Below, piece by piece: positions 51,940-61,500 of a stretch of 64,000 nt of DNA. The position numbers and the translations under genes are program-made. This stretch comes from Eubacteriales bacterium (GTDB taxonomy: Bacteria; Bacillota; Clostridia; Oscillospirales; CAG-272). Where the stretch lies: NCBI GenBank assembly GCA_045587985.1, contig JAZNDG010000067.1, positions 22,126 through 86,125 of the forward strand, in the 5' to 3' direction. The notes beneath the pieces are model-generated. The model had not been told where the DNA came from. It searched no databases and worked only from the letters and a program-made list of their open reading frames with translations. Numbering within the stretch: the stretch's first letter is position 1; each line of letters begins with the position of its first letter.

Positions 51940-51968
51940 TTGCAAAAGGCGGGGCGGTATGCTATACT
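51940..51968 (+). promoter_or_regulatory. Promoter of dut
   Basis: TTGCAA (51940-51945), 17 nt, TATACT (51963-51968), directly abutting repeat copy 2. Confidence 0.6.
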
Positions 51969-51998
51969 AATGGCAAGAAACAGTGTGAGGTGTCTGCT

Positions 51999-52442
51999 AT
52001 GACCGAGCAAGTGAAGATCCAAAAGCTGCATCCGAATGCCAAGATCCCGACCTATGGGAGCGCGGCGGCGGCGGGTGCTGACCTTTATGCACTCCTTGAT
52101 TCTCCCCTCGTGATCGAGCCCGGCAAGACGGTGCTCGTGAGAACCGGGGTCGCAATGGCGTTGCCCCTTGGCACGGTTGGTCTTATTTTTGCGCGCAGCG
52201 GGCTTGCCACCAAAAGAGGGCTTGCGCCTGCCAACAAGGTTGGCGTGATCGATGCTGATTACCGCGGTGAGATCATGGTGGCCCTTCACAACCACGGGGA
52301 TGCTCCCGCAACGGTGGAGGTGGGCGAGAGGATCGCACAGCTGGCCATCGTTCCGTATCTGACGGCCGCCTTTCTTGAGAGTGACTCGCTTGACGAAACC
52401 GAGCGCGGCGCGGGCGGCTTCGGCTCGACCGGGAGGCAGTAA
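51999..52442 (+). CDS. dut: dUTP diphosphatase
   Basis: The start MTEQVKIQ follows GAGGTG. The motifs are AAGADLYA, RSGLATKRG, GVIDADYRGEI and ERGAGGFGSTG. Confidence 0.9.
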   Translation: MTEQVKIQKLHPNAKIPTYGSAAAAGADLYALLDSPLVIEPGKTVLVRTGVAMALPLGTVGLIFARSGLATKRGLAPANKVGVIDADYRGEIMVALHNHGDAPATVEVGERIAQLAIVPYLTAAFLESDSLDETERGAGGFGSTGRQ

Positions 52443-53164
52443 TGGGAACGCCCGTATTGCCAAAGGGGACGGTTGATTTTCATACCCATATCCTCGGTGG
52501 GGTAGATCACGGCTCGTCATCCCTCTCTACCTCGGTAGCGCAGTGGCGCCTGATGGCGGCGGCGGGGCTTTCCGCTGTCGTGGCCACCCCGCATTTCTAC
52601 GCGCATGAGGAAGCATCCGTTGCCTCCTTCCTTGACCGCCGTGATGAGGCCGCGCGCGCCCTTCTTGAAGGGGTTGAGCGCGGGGGGGATATGCGCCTTT
52701 ATCTTGGCGCGGAGGTGCTCGTGTTTCCCGGACTTGAGGAGCTGCCCGACCTTGATCGGCTGACGGTCGCGGGGACCGATATCATTCTGCTTGAAATGCC
52801 GCTTGGCGGCTGGTCCCGCCTGCACCTGCGTACCGTTTCAAGGATCGCCTCGCGCGGGCTTACGCCCCTGCTTGCCCACCTTGACCGCTATGCGCTCTCC
52901 TCGCTCGATATGCTGTACGATAATCCCGCCTTCCTTTTCCAGGTGAACGTATCGGCCCTTCTCGGCATGAGCGCCACAGGGCGCTACTTCCGCCGTATGC
53001 TGAAGGCAGGGGCCATCGCCGCCCTCGGGAGCGATCTGCACGGCATTCCGAAAAAGGGATATGCCCGATACGCGCGTGCCTTCTGCCGCGCGGGAAAGGC
53101 GCTTGAGATCGTCAACGCGCACACCGCGGAAATGCTCTCTTGTGCCACCCCTGCCACCGTTTGA
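52442..53164 (+). CDS. PHP-family phosphatase (CpsB/YwqE-like protein-tyrosine phosphatase)
   Basis: VDFHTHILGGVDHGS and ATPHFY are PHP motifs. A TAATG stop/start overlap links it to dut. Confidence 0.6.
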   Translation: MGTPVLPKGTVDFHTHILGGVDHGSSSLSTSVAQWRLMAAAGLSAVVATPHFYAHEEASVASFLDRRDEAARALLEGVERGGDMRLYLGAEVLVFPGLEELPDLDRLTVAGTDIILLEMPLGGWSRLHLRTVSRIASRGLTPLLAHLDRYALSSLDMLYDNPAFLFQVNVSALLGMSATGRYFRRMLKAGAIAALGSDLHGIPKKGYARYARAFCRAGKALEIVNAHTAEMLSCATPATV

Positions 53165-53256
53165 TTGCACCGTGTGCTGTAAAAACAACAAAACGTAAAG
53201 AAAACATAACAAAAAAGCAAGGCTGTGCCTTGCTTTTTTCTTTCGATAGGATCGGC

Positions 53257-54090
53257 TTATGCCTTCCCGATCCTCTTGCAGAGATACGGGATCGCCCTCT
53301 CAAACTCAACGCCGTAGTTCACATGATCGGGGTTGTCAAGCGTCAGTGCGATGCACTCTACCGTGTAGTCGGCAGCCACCTTCAGCGCCTCGCGGTAGTC
53401 GCCCCCCTCAACAAGAGCGCCCGTGAAGGCAGAGGCAAAGATGTCGCCCGTGCCGTGGAAGGCGGCGGGCAGATGCTCACGGCAGTAGTAGAAGAATTCA
53501 TCCTTCTCTCTGTCGTAGGCCGCAACGCCCAGCTTTCCCTTCTCGAAGGATACACCCGTGAGCACCGCGACTCTCGGGCCGAGGGCGGCGAGCTTTTTCA
53601 GGACATCCTTGATATAGGCTTCGTCATAGTCGCTTCCGGGATAGGGGATGCCCAGCATAAAGGATGCCTCTGTCAGGTTCGGAAGAATGATGTCGGCCTT
53701 AGCGCAGAGCGTGGCCATCTCCTTGGCAAATTCCTCGGTAAAGCCGGGGTAGAGCTTGCCGTTGTCGGCCATTACGGGGTCCACGATCCGCCATGCGCCG
53801 CTGTAAGAATCAAAGAGGCGGGAAACCACCGCCAGCTGCTCGCGCGAGCCGAGATAGCCGGTATAGACGGCCGAGAAGCCAAGCGCCTCCTTCTGCCAGT
53901 GGTCGATGATCGGATTAAGATCCTCGGTCAGATCGCGGAAGGTGTATCCGCGGAACATCGTGTGAGTAGAGAGCACGGCTGTCGGCAGGATGGCACACTC
54001 CACCCCCATGGCCGAGATAATGGGGAGCGCCACGGTTAAGGAGCACTTTCCCACGCAGGAGATATCCTGTACGGTAAGAATACGGTTCAT
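53257..54090 (-). CDS. pdxK: Pyridoxal/pyridoxamine kinase
   Basis: 277 aa. ILTVQDISCVGKCSLTVALPIISAMGVE and HGTGDIFASAF are PdxK/PfkB-type motifs. Confidence 0.75.
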   Translation of the reverse strand: MNRILTVQDISCVGKCSLTVALPIISAMGVECAILPTAVLSTHTMFRGYTFRDLTEDLNPIIDHWQKEALGFSAVYTGYLGSREQLAVVSRLFDSYSGAWRIVDPVMADNGKLYPGFTEEFAKEMATLCAKADIILPNLTEASFMLGIPYPGSDYDEAYIKDVLKKLAALGPRVAVLTGVSFEKGKLGVAAYDREKDEFFYYCREHLPAAFHGTGDIFASAFTGALVEGGDYREALKVAADYTVECIALTLDNPDHVNYGVEFERAIPYLCKRIGKA

Positions 54091-54159
54091 TGTTTTTCCT
54101 TTCTAAAGAAAGCCGCAGGGGAATCGCCTTCCGGCGATTCCCTCCGGACCTTTCATGCA

Positions 54160-55926
54160 TCAGCGGTAACGCTCGGTGTGAGCCTCGTACGTGGTGTGCA
54201 GAAGCTCGTGTGCCTTATGAGAGTTGGGTTCACCGAGGAAGTCTTCGTACAGCTTCTTGATCTGTACGTTGTTGTGCGACTGGCGGATCACCTGGCGCTC
54301 GTCCTCGCTGTAGAGGGCGGCTGCGCGCTTGTCGCGGTAGGTATCGAGAATGTCAGGATCCTCATTCGGGAGGAGAGCAGGACGGACGAAGGGCTGGCCA
54401 CCGCCGCAGATACAGCCGCCGGGGCAACCCATGATCTCAATGAAGGTGTAGGGCGACTTGCCGGCACGGATATCGTCAAGCAGGGGCTTGGCGTTCTTCA
54501 TGCCGTGGGCGATCGCGATCTTGATCTCGGTGCCGCCGAGCGTAAGAGAGGCCTCACGGATGCCGTCAAAGCCGCGGACGGCCGTGAAGGCGATATCCTT
54601 GTACTCCTTGCCCTCAAGCACGAAGTAAGCGGTACGCAGGGCCGCCTCCATCACGCCGCCGGTCACGCCGAAGATGACGCCGGCGCCGGTGTAATCACCG
54701 AGCAGGTCGCCGTCAAACTCCTCGTCAGGCAGACGGTTGAAGTTGATGCCCGACCTCTTGATAAGGTCGCCAAGCTCGCGGGTGGTGAGAACCGCATCCA
54801 CGTCCTTGATGCCGTTCTTCTGGAGCTGGGGACGGTCCTTCTCGTACTTCTTGGCCGTGCAGGGCATGATCGACACCACAAAGATATCCTTGGGGTCAAG
54901 GCCGCATCTCTCGGCGTAGTAGGACTTGACGATCGCACCCATCATCTCGTGGGGCGACTTGCAGGACGAGAGGTGACCGAGAAGGTCGCCGTAGTAGTAC
55001 TCGGCATAGTTGACCCAGCCGGGCGAGCAGGAGGTGATCATCGGGAGCTTGCCGCCGTTCTTGACACGGCCGAGAAGCTCGGTGGCCTCCTCCATGATGG
55101 TAAGGTCGGCAGTAAAGTTGGTGTCATACACACGCTGAAAGCCAAGACGGCGGAGCGCCGCGACCATCTTGCCGGTCACAGCAGTGCCGATCTTCATGCC
55201 AAACTCCTCGCCAAGCGCCACGCGCACGGCAGGAGCGGTCTGCACGACAACGAACTTGCCGGCGGCCATTGCAGCATCGATCTTGTCGATCTCCGAAACC
55301 TCGGTGAGAGCACCGGTAGGGCACACGCTCACGCACTGGCCGCAAAGGATACAGGGCGAATCGGCAAACGAACGGTTGCCGGCAGGCGCCACGATGGTGG
55401 CAAAGCCGCGGTTCTCAAAGCCGAGAACACCAAGGCCGTGGGCATTCTTGCAGCGCTCAACACAGCGGCCGCAAAGCACGCACTTGGAGGTGTCACGCTG
55501 GATGGAGGGGGTGAGTCTGTCCACCGTGACAGGGGTCTTCGAGCCCTCGAACATATCCTCACGCGCACCGGTCAGCTTGGCCACGTGCAGAAGCTCGCAG
55601 TTCGCGTTCTTCGTGCACTGCTGGCAGTTCTTGTTGTGGTTGGAAAGAAGGAGTTCAACCGAGGCGCGGCGGGCAGCCGTAGCCTTGGGGCTCGAGATGC
55701 GGATCTCCATACCCTCCGCAACGGGGTACACGCACGAGGCCACAAGGCCGCGGGCGCCGGTCGCCTCAACAAGGCAGACGCGGCAGGAGCCGCGCGAGCA
55801 CTCGCCGTGGTTGAAGGCGCAGAGCGAGGGGATCTCGTAGCCGCACTTGCGTGCCGCCTCGAGAATGGTAAGTCCCTCCTCGACAACGTAGGGCTGGCCT
55901 TCGATCTTAATATTTACAGTAGCCAT
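54160..55926 (-). CDS. hydA: [FeFe]-hydrogenase catalytic subunit (HydA/HndD type)
   Basis: 588 aa with an N-terminal 2Fe-2S domain and 4Fe-4S clusters. The H-cluster motifs are ITSCSPGW, MPCTAKKYE and EIMGCPGGCICGGGQP. Confidence 0.9.
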   Translation of the reverse strand: MATVNIKIEGQPYVVEEGLTILEAARKCGYEIPSLCAFNHGECSRGSCRVCLVEATGARGLVASCVYPVAEGMEIRISSPKATAARRASVELLLSNHNKNCQQCTKNANCELLHVAKLTGAREDMFEGSKTPVTVDRLTPSIQRDTSKCVLCGRCVERCKNAHGLGVLGFENRGFATIVAPAGNRSFADSPCILCGQCVSVCPTGALTEVSEIDKIDAAMAAGKFVVVQTAPAVRVALGEEFGMKIGTAVTGKMVAALRRLGFQRVYDTNFTADLTIMEEATELLGRVKNGGKLPMITSCSPGWVNYAEYYYGDLLGHLSSCKSPHEMMGAIVKSYYAERCGLDPKDIFVVSIMPCTAKKYEKDRPQLQKNGIKDVDAVLTTRELGDLIKRSGINFNRLPDEEFDGDLLGDYTGAGVIFGVTGGVMEAALRTAYFVLEGKEYKDIAFTAVRGFDGIREASLTLGGTEIKIAIAHGMKNAKPLLDDIRAGKSPYTFIEIMGCPGGCICGGGQPFVRPALLPNEDPDILDTYRDKRAAALYSEDERQVIRQSHNNVQIKKLYEDFLGEPNSHKAHELLHTTYEAHTERYR

Positions 55927-55944
55927 TTCGCTATCTCCTCTCTC

Positions 55945-57813
55945 TTATTCCTTCACGATCGCCTTGAACTTGCACGAGGCAAGGCAGAGACCGCACTTGA
56001 TGCACTTATCCTGATCGATGGTGTGGACCTCCTTCACTTTACCCACGATCGCGCCCACGGGGCACTGACGTGCGCAAAGCGTACAGCCCTTACATTTATC
56101 CTCAACGATCTTGTACTGCATCAGGTTCTTACAGACCTTGGCAGGGCACTTCTTCTCCACGATATGCGCGATGTACTCATCACGGAAGTGGGCAAGGGTC
56201 GAGAGGATCGGGTTGGCCGCGGTCTGACCGAGCGCGCAAAGCGAGTTGGTCTTGACCGTTTCACCGAGAGCCTCAAGCTCCTCAAGATCCTTCATCGTGC
56301 CCTGACCGTCAGTAATACGGGTCAGAAGCTCGAGCATGCGCTTGGTACCGATACGGCAGGGCGAGCACTTACCGCAGGACTCATCGCAAATGAATTCCAT
56401 GTAGAATTTGGCCACGTCCACCATGCAGTTGTCCTCGTCCATGACGATGGCACCGCCCGAGCCCATCATAGAGCCCTTGGCAACGAGGTTGTCAAAGTCG
56501 ATCGGCTCGTCAAGGAACTCGGCCGTCAGACAGCCGCCCGAGGGGCCGCCGGTCTGGATCGCCTTGAACTGCTTGCCGCCGGGGATGCCGCCGCCGATGT
56601 CGTACACAAGCTCACGCAGGGTGGTACCCATCGGGATCTCGACAAGACCGACATTGTTGACCTTGCCGCCGAGAGCAAACACCTTGGTGCCCTTCGACTT
56701 CTCGGTGCCGCATTCGGCAAACTTGGCCGCGCCCTCACGCAGGATGTAAGGCACGCAGGCAAGCGTTTCCACGTTGTTCACGATGGTGGGCTTGCCCCAA
56801 AGACCCTTCACGGCAGGGAAGGGAGGACGGGGGCGAGGCATACCGCGCTGGCCCTCGATCGAGTTGAGAAGAGCCGTCTCCTCACCGCAGACGAAGGCGC
56901 CTGCGCCAAGGCGGATATGTGCCTGGAAGGAGAATCCGCTGCCGAAGATGTTGTCACCGAGAAGCCCGAGCTCGTTGGCCTGCTTAATGGCAAGGCGCAG
57001 ACGGTTCACGGCAGTCGGATACTCGGCACGAACATAGAAATAACCGTTCTTGGCACCGATGGCATAGCCGGCAATGGCCATACCCTCAATGACCGCAAGG
57101 GGGTTACCCTCGAGGATCGAGCGGTCCATGAAGGCGCCGGGGTCACCCTCGTCACCGTTGCAGACCACATACTTATCTTCATTGTCCTGGGCATAGGCGA
57201 ACTGCCACTTGCGCCCGGTGGGGAAGCCACCGCCGCCGCGGCCGCGCAGGCCCGAATCAAGGACCTCCTTAATGACGTCCGCACGGTCCATGGTGAGCGC
57301 GCGGGCAAGGCCGGCGTATGCGCCGTAGCCAAGCGCCTCGTCAATGCTTTCGGGGTTGATGACGCCGCAGCCGTGCAGAGCCACTCTCTTCTGCTTCTTG
57401 TAGAAGTTGATGTCCTCCTGACGGGCAACCGTCTTACCGGTCTCGGGCTCGATGAAGAGAAGTCTCTCCACGACCTCGCCGCCGATAATATCCTTCTCCA
57501 CGATCTCCTCCACATCCTCGATCTGTACGAGGCGGTAAAGGGTATCCTCGGGATAGATCTTGACAAAGGGACCCTGCGAGCAGTAGCCGAAGCAGCCGAC
57601 CTGGTTGACCGAAACGCGGTCGGAAAGACCCTTTTCGGCAATCATCGCCTCGATCTTCTTGCGGATCTCGTCAGAATTCGAGGAAAGACAGCCGGTACCG
57701 CCGCAAAGCACGATGGCACGGTGGCCCTCCTTACCTGCAAACTTGTCACGGAGCGCATCGGTGCAGGAGCAGATCTTGCTCTCGAGCGCTTCTCTTGATG
57801 TAATCTTGCTCAT
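55945..57813 (-). CDS. hydB: NuoF-like flavoprotein subunit of bifurcating hydrogenase (HydB/HndC)
   Basis: 622 aa with GRGGGGFPTGRKW (FMN site), ESCGKCSPCR, and C-terminal 2x[4Fe-4S] CKGCTLCARQCP / CIKCGLCLASC. Confidence 0.9.
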   Translation of the reverse strand: MSKITSREALESKICSCTDALRDKFAGKEGHRAIVLCGGTGCLSSNSDEIRKKIEAMIAEKGLSDRVSVNQVGCFGYCSQGPFVKIYPEDTLYRLVQIEDVEEIVEKDIIGGEVVERLLFIEPETGKTVARQEDINFYKKQKRVALHGCGVINPESIDEALGYGAYAGLARALTMDRADVIKEVLDSGLRGRGGGGFPTGRKWQFAYAQDNEDKYVVCNGDEGDPGAFMDRSILEGNPLAVIEGMAIAGYAIGAKNGYFYVRAEYPTAVNRLRLAIKQANELGLLGDNIFGSGFSFQAHIRLGAGAFVCGEETALLNSIEGQRGMPRPRPPFPAVKGLWGKPTIVNNVETLACVPYILREGAAKFAECGTEKSKGTKVFALGGKVNNVGLVEIPMGTTLRELVYDIGGGIPGGKQFKAIQTGGPSGGCLTAEFLDEPIDFDNLVAKGSMMGSGGAIVMDEDNCMVDVAKFYMEFICDESCGKCSPCRIGTKRMLELLTRITDGQGTMKDLEELEALGETVKTNSLCALGQTAANPILSTLAHFRDEYIAHIVEKKCPAKVCKNLMQYKIVEDKCKGCTLCARQCPVGAIVGKVKEVHTIDQDKCIKCGLCLASCKFKAIVKE

Positions 57814-58301
57814 GCTTCGCTACCTCCAAGCTTCTTATATTCGGCCACAACGCCCGGCACGTCCGAAACGGCCATCTTCGGGTACACCTTGCCGTTGATG
57901 GTGACAGCAGGGGCGATACCGCAGGCGCCGATGCAGCGCAGGGCATCCAGGGTGAAGAGCCCGTCCTCGGTGGTTCCGCCGGGGGCGATCCCGAGAAGCT
58001 CCGAGAATTTGTCAATGATCTGCTGGGCACCCTTGACATAGCAAGCCGTGCCGAGGCAGCAGCCGATGACATATTTGCCCTTCGGCTTCAGCGAGAAGAA
58101 AGAGTAGAAGGTGACAACGCCGTAGATCTCGGCTACCGAGATCCCGGTCTTCTCCGAGACGAGCTCCTGGACCTCGACCGGAATATAGCCATATTCGGTC
58201 TGAATGTCACTGAGAATCATCATCAGAGGTGTGGTTTCCTTGGCGTATCTGTCGCAGATCTCGGTGATCTTCTTGACAGCCGCCTCATTGAGATGAGCCA
58301 T
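57810..58301 (-). CDS. hydC: NuoE-like [2Fe-2S] subunit (HydC/HndA)
   Basis: 163 aa with the Cys motifs CLGTAC and CIGACGIAP. A 4-nt overlap links it to hydB. Confidence 0.85.
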   Translation of the reverse strand: MAHLNEAAVKKITEICDRYAKETTPLMMILSDIQTEYGYIPVEVQELVSEKTGISVAEIYGVVTFYSFFSLKPKGKYVIGCCLGTACYVKGAQQIIDKFSELLGIAPGGTTEDGLFTLDALRCIGACGIAPAVTINGKVYPKMAVSDVPGVVAEYKKLGGSEA

Positions 58302-58354
58302 GAGGTTCCTCCTTGTTTGTCACGGCATTTCTGCCGCCTATTTTACCACCCATC

Positions 58355-58383
58355 ATTATAGCATACGGCGCAAAAAAAGTCAA
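58355..58383 (-). promoter_or_regulatory. Promoter of hydCBA
   Basis: Minus strand: TTGACT (58383-58378), 17 nt, TATAAT (58360-58355). Confidence 0.65.
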
Positions 58384-58447
58384 TATGTAGGCGGGCGGAA
58401 TTAGTGGCCCTTTGGAGGAAAACCCGCCCTTTCTGCCGACCGCTGTC

Positions 58448-58485
58448 AAAAAACAAAAAGATACGGCGGCCGGAGCCGCCGTATC
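58448..58485 (-). terminator. Intrinsic terminator of the large surface-protein gene
   Basis: Minus strand: GATACGGCGGC-TCCG-GCCGCCGTATC followed by TTTTTGTTTTTT. Confidence 0.8.
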
Positions 58486-58506
58486 GGGAATATTGCGATA
58501 AAGGAA

Positions 58507-61500
58507 TTACTGGAGCTCGGTGACGTCACCCGGGAAGACCTCGATCACAACCTGCATCGAGGAAGCGCCGGCGGCCGTCATCGGGATGTGCTGGAACCAC
58601 CTGTCGCCGATCTGGTCGGGCAGAGGAGGAAGATCCGAGTTATCCTTCGGATTCTTACCTGCCGAGGTCGTGTTCAGCATGGTGGGCGTAGAATCCTTCA
58701 TCATATAGACGGGGGTGAAGGGTGCGCCGATGCCGGCACCGTCATGGGCGAAGTTTTCGCCACTGTCGGCAGCATTTGTGACCATCACGGCGTTGAAGGC
58801 GGGGATCGCATCGTTGCCGTAGCCCTGCGTAGGCGTCAGATACTGGGGGAAGCCTGCGTAGGCGTATGCATAGGCGTAGAAGCCTTCCTTGCCGCCCAGC
58901 ATGGATTTGACCATGCCGGCCGCAGGCGTGGCACCGTAGGACTGGAACCAGGGCTCTGCACCCGTCACGAAGTTCGTGACCACCACGTTCTCCCCGAAGA
59001 TCGCGTAGCCGGAATGGGCCATGCTCTCCTCCGTGATCGGCGTATCCGAGAAGATGATGGCAGGGCCCGAGCTTCTGCCCATGAAGGTGTTCGACATGGT
59101 AAGCCCGACCTGACCCCAGGCAAAGAAGGATGCGTTGAAGTTGTTGTCGATGGTCACGTTGTTCAGCGTAACAGCGGTGAGCAGCGCACTCGGCGTGCCG
59201 GGCGTGTTGGTCTCGTTCACATCAAAGGTGACATCGTAGCCGTCGGTATGCACAGCAGACTGCGTATGCTCGATCTTCACGTTGTCAAGCACCGCGTTTG
59301 CCTCACGGACGATGATGCCGTGGAAGGCACCCGAGGAGGCGACCACTGCCTTTTCCCCATTGAGGATCGGATAGGTCTTCTCCCAATAGGTCTTGGCATT
59401 CGGGTCGTTGATGTTTCTTGTGAGCTCCTGCTCGTTACCCGTGATGTAAAGGTCGTTCATGTAGAGGGTGCCGCCCGCTTTGGTGGAGGCGTTACCGGCA
59501 TCCTGCACGTAGCCGAAGATACCGACCTGTACGTTGACAAGCTGGTAGTAGCTCTCGTTAAGACCGGTGTAACCGTCGGCCCATCTGCTCTTGTCGCCAA
59601 GCTCGGGATTGATGGCAGGGAGGCCGGAGGCATCGATCTTGTAGCTGTTACCGTTGATGGTGACCTGGTCATTGCCGGTAGGCAGACGCAGATAGACGCC
59701 GTTCTTGTAATCGTCATTATGAACGAGAATGTTTCCACCGCTGACGGTGTAGTGCTGGGGCTGAAGAGCTGCGGTGATATTGCGCAGAATGTTGATCGTG
59801 TTGATCTGCATATTGGCAAAGGCCGCATACAGCTCGTCATTGGTGTAAACGTTTACGCCGCTGTTGAGAAGGACGGTGACGGTGGCCGAAACATTGTCCT
59901 CCTCAAGGGCGTATTCGGGGTAGTAGGTGATCGTCAGGGTATGACCGATCAGGTCATCGTCAAAGTCGATCTTGCCGCCGGGGAGAATGGTGTACCGATC
60001 GCCCGTAAGGGTGGTCTGGCCATCCTTCACCACAACGCGGTAGGGGATTCTGTCAAGAGAAACGTTACCGCCGACAATGTCGGGAAGGAAGCCCTTGTGA
60101 CCGGCATCGATGGTGGTGCTGATGCCGCCCTTGAAGTTGGCTTCAAGACGGCTCGTGGTGCTCGTACCGGCGCCGGCAGAGCCCACGTAGTATTCCACGC
60201 GGCAGGTCAGCGTCACGCCCTTCTGCGTCATGGTAAAGACACCGGGCTGCTTGGCAGTAAAGCCGTAGCCCTTGTCGGAATCGGCGTTAAAGACGGGCGT
60301 GATGGCGTTTGCATCACCGCCAAAGGTGATCTCGTCATGGCCAAAGTAGTAGGTTCTGCCGGTAAGGAAGACGTAGATCAGCTCGCCGCCGTTCTCTTCA
60401 CGGAAGAATTCCTTACTCGTGCCATCGGGATACTTCTGCTCACCGGTCGCGTTCTGGCTGATCTCCCACTTGGCATAGAGGGGGAGGCTCTTGGCCTCCA
60501 CGCTTGCATAAGTGGGCAGGGTGTAAAGCTCGCCGTCATTTGCAAGCATGGTGCCGTCACCGTAGTAATAGCCAAGGAAGGAATAGCCGTCACGTGTCGG
60601 GGTGGGGAGGGCAACCTTGGTTCCTTCTTCCGCCGTGCCGCTCACCGTGGCACCGGCCTCAAACTCACCGCCGTTTGCGTTGACGGTCCAGTTGAACTTC
60701 AGAATCTCCTTCCACACCTGCATGACGATAAGGTCATCCTCACCCATATGGGTACCGGTTGCGTCAAAGTCCGCGCCGTCACGGGTGAACTTCACAAAGC
60801 GCGCATCCGCGGTATCCGAGGGGACGGTGAGCGTGTAGGTGCCGTTTTGGGCAATCGGCACGGTATCAACAAGGGTGGTGCCGTTGTAAACCTTGACCGA
60901 GGCAATGCGGCGCCACTTGGCATAGATCGTCAGATCGACCGTAACGTCACTTTGCTCGTCAAAGGCCTGGGTGCAGGCTTCATTGGTATAATAGCCGTCA
61001 AAGTAGTAGCCCGCAAGGGTGGGATTTTCGGGAAGCGTATAAGCGCCGTCCACGACCTCAACCGAATCAAAGGTGTAGCCGGCACCCTTCGATACGATGT
61101 TGATAAAGATGCGGTCAACACCGTCCCAGTCACGGATGACCGTGATCGAGCCGCCGGTGTAGCCGGTGCCGGTAGCGGCAAAGGGCTGGCCGTCAAACTT
61201 AAGGCCGAGGTAGGTGTAGGTCTTGTCGGCCTCCACCACCTCGCGGTCACCCGCGGCGGGCTCAAGGGCCGAAAGATCGTAAGCGCCGTCCACGACCTCA
61301 ACCGTGTCGATGATGGCGTTGGTGCGCTCGTCACGGACCGTGATATACACGCGCGGCTGCCAGTTGGCGGTCACGGTAGTAGCAGCCGACCAGATAAAGG
61401 TAGCGCTGCCGTTGTCAAGGGTCAGGGGCTGGCCACCAACGGTATAACCGGTAAAGATATAGCCGTCACGGGTCGGCGCGGTAGGCAGGGTGAAGGTGTC

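Noticed and set aside
54178-57798. Very long plus-strand ORF (1206 aa) across the hydrogenase genes. Similar cases are the 1252-aa ORF at 58588-62346, the 882-aa ORF at 23370-26018 (-), 584 aa at 18331-20085 (+), 481 aa at 37178-38623 (-), 426 aa at 21687-22967 (-) and 428 aa at 51234-52520 (-).
   Set aside because: Each lies antisense to a gene with unmistakable family motifs (hydAB, the surface protein, pheT, glyQS, transketolase, radC/pheS, rplL/dut). Their translations are low-complexity and rich in Arg, Ala and Gly. They are typical stop-codon-poor shadow frames of high-GC DNA.
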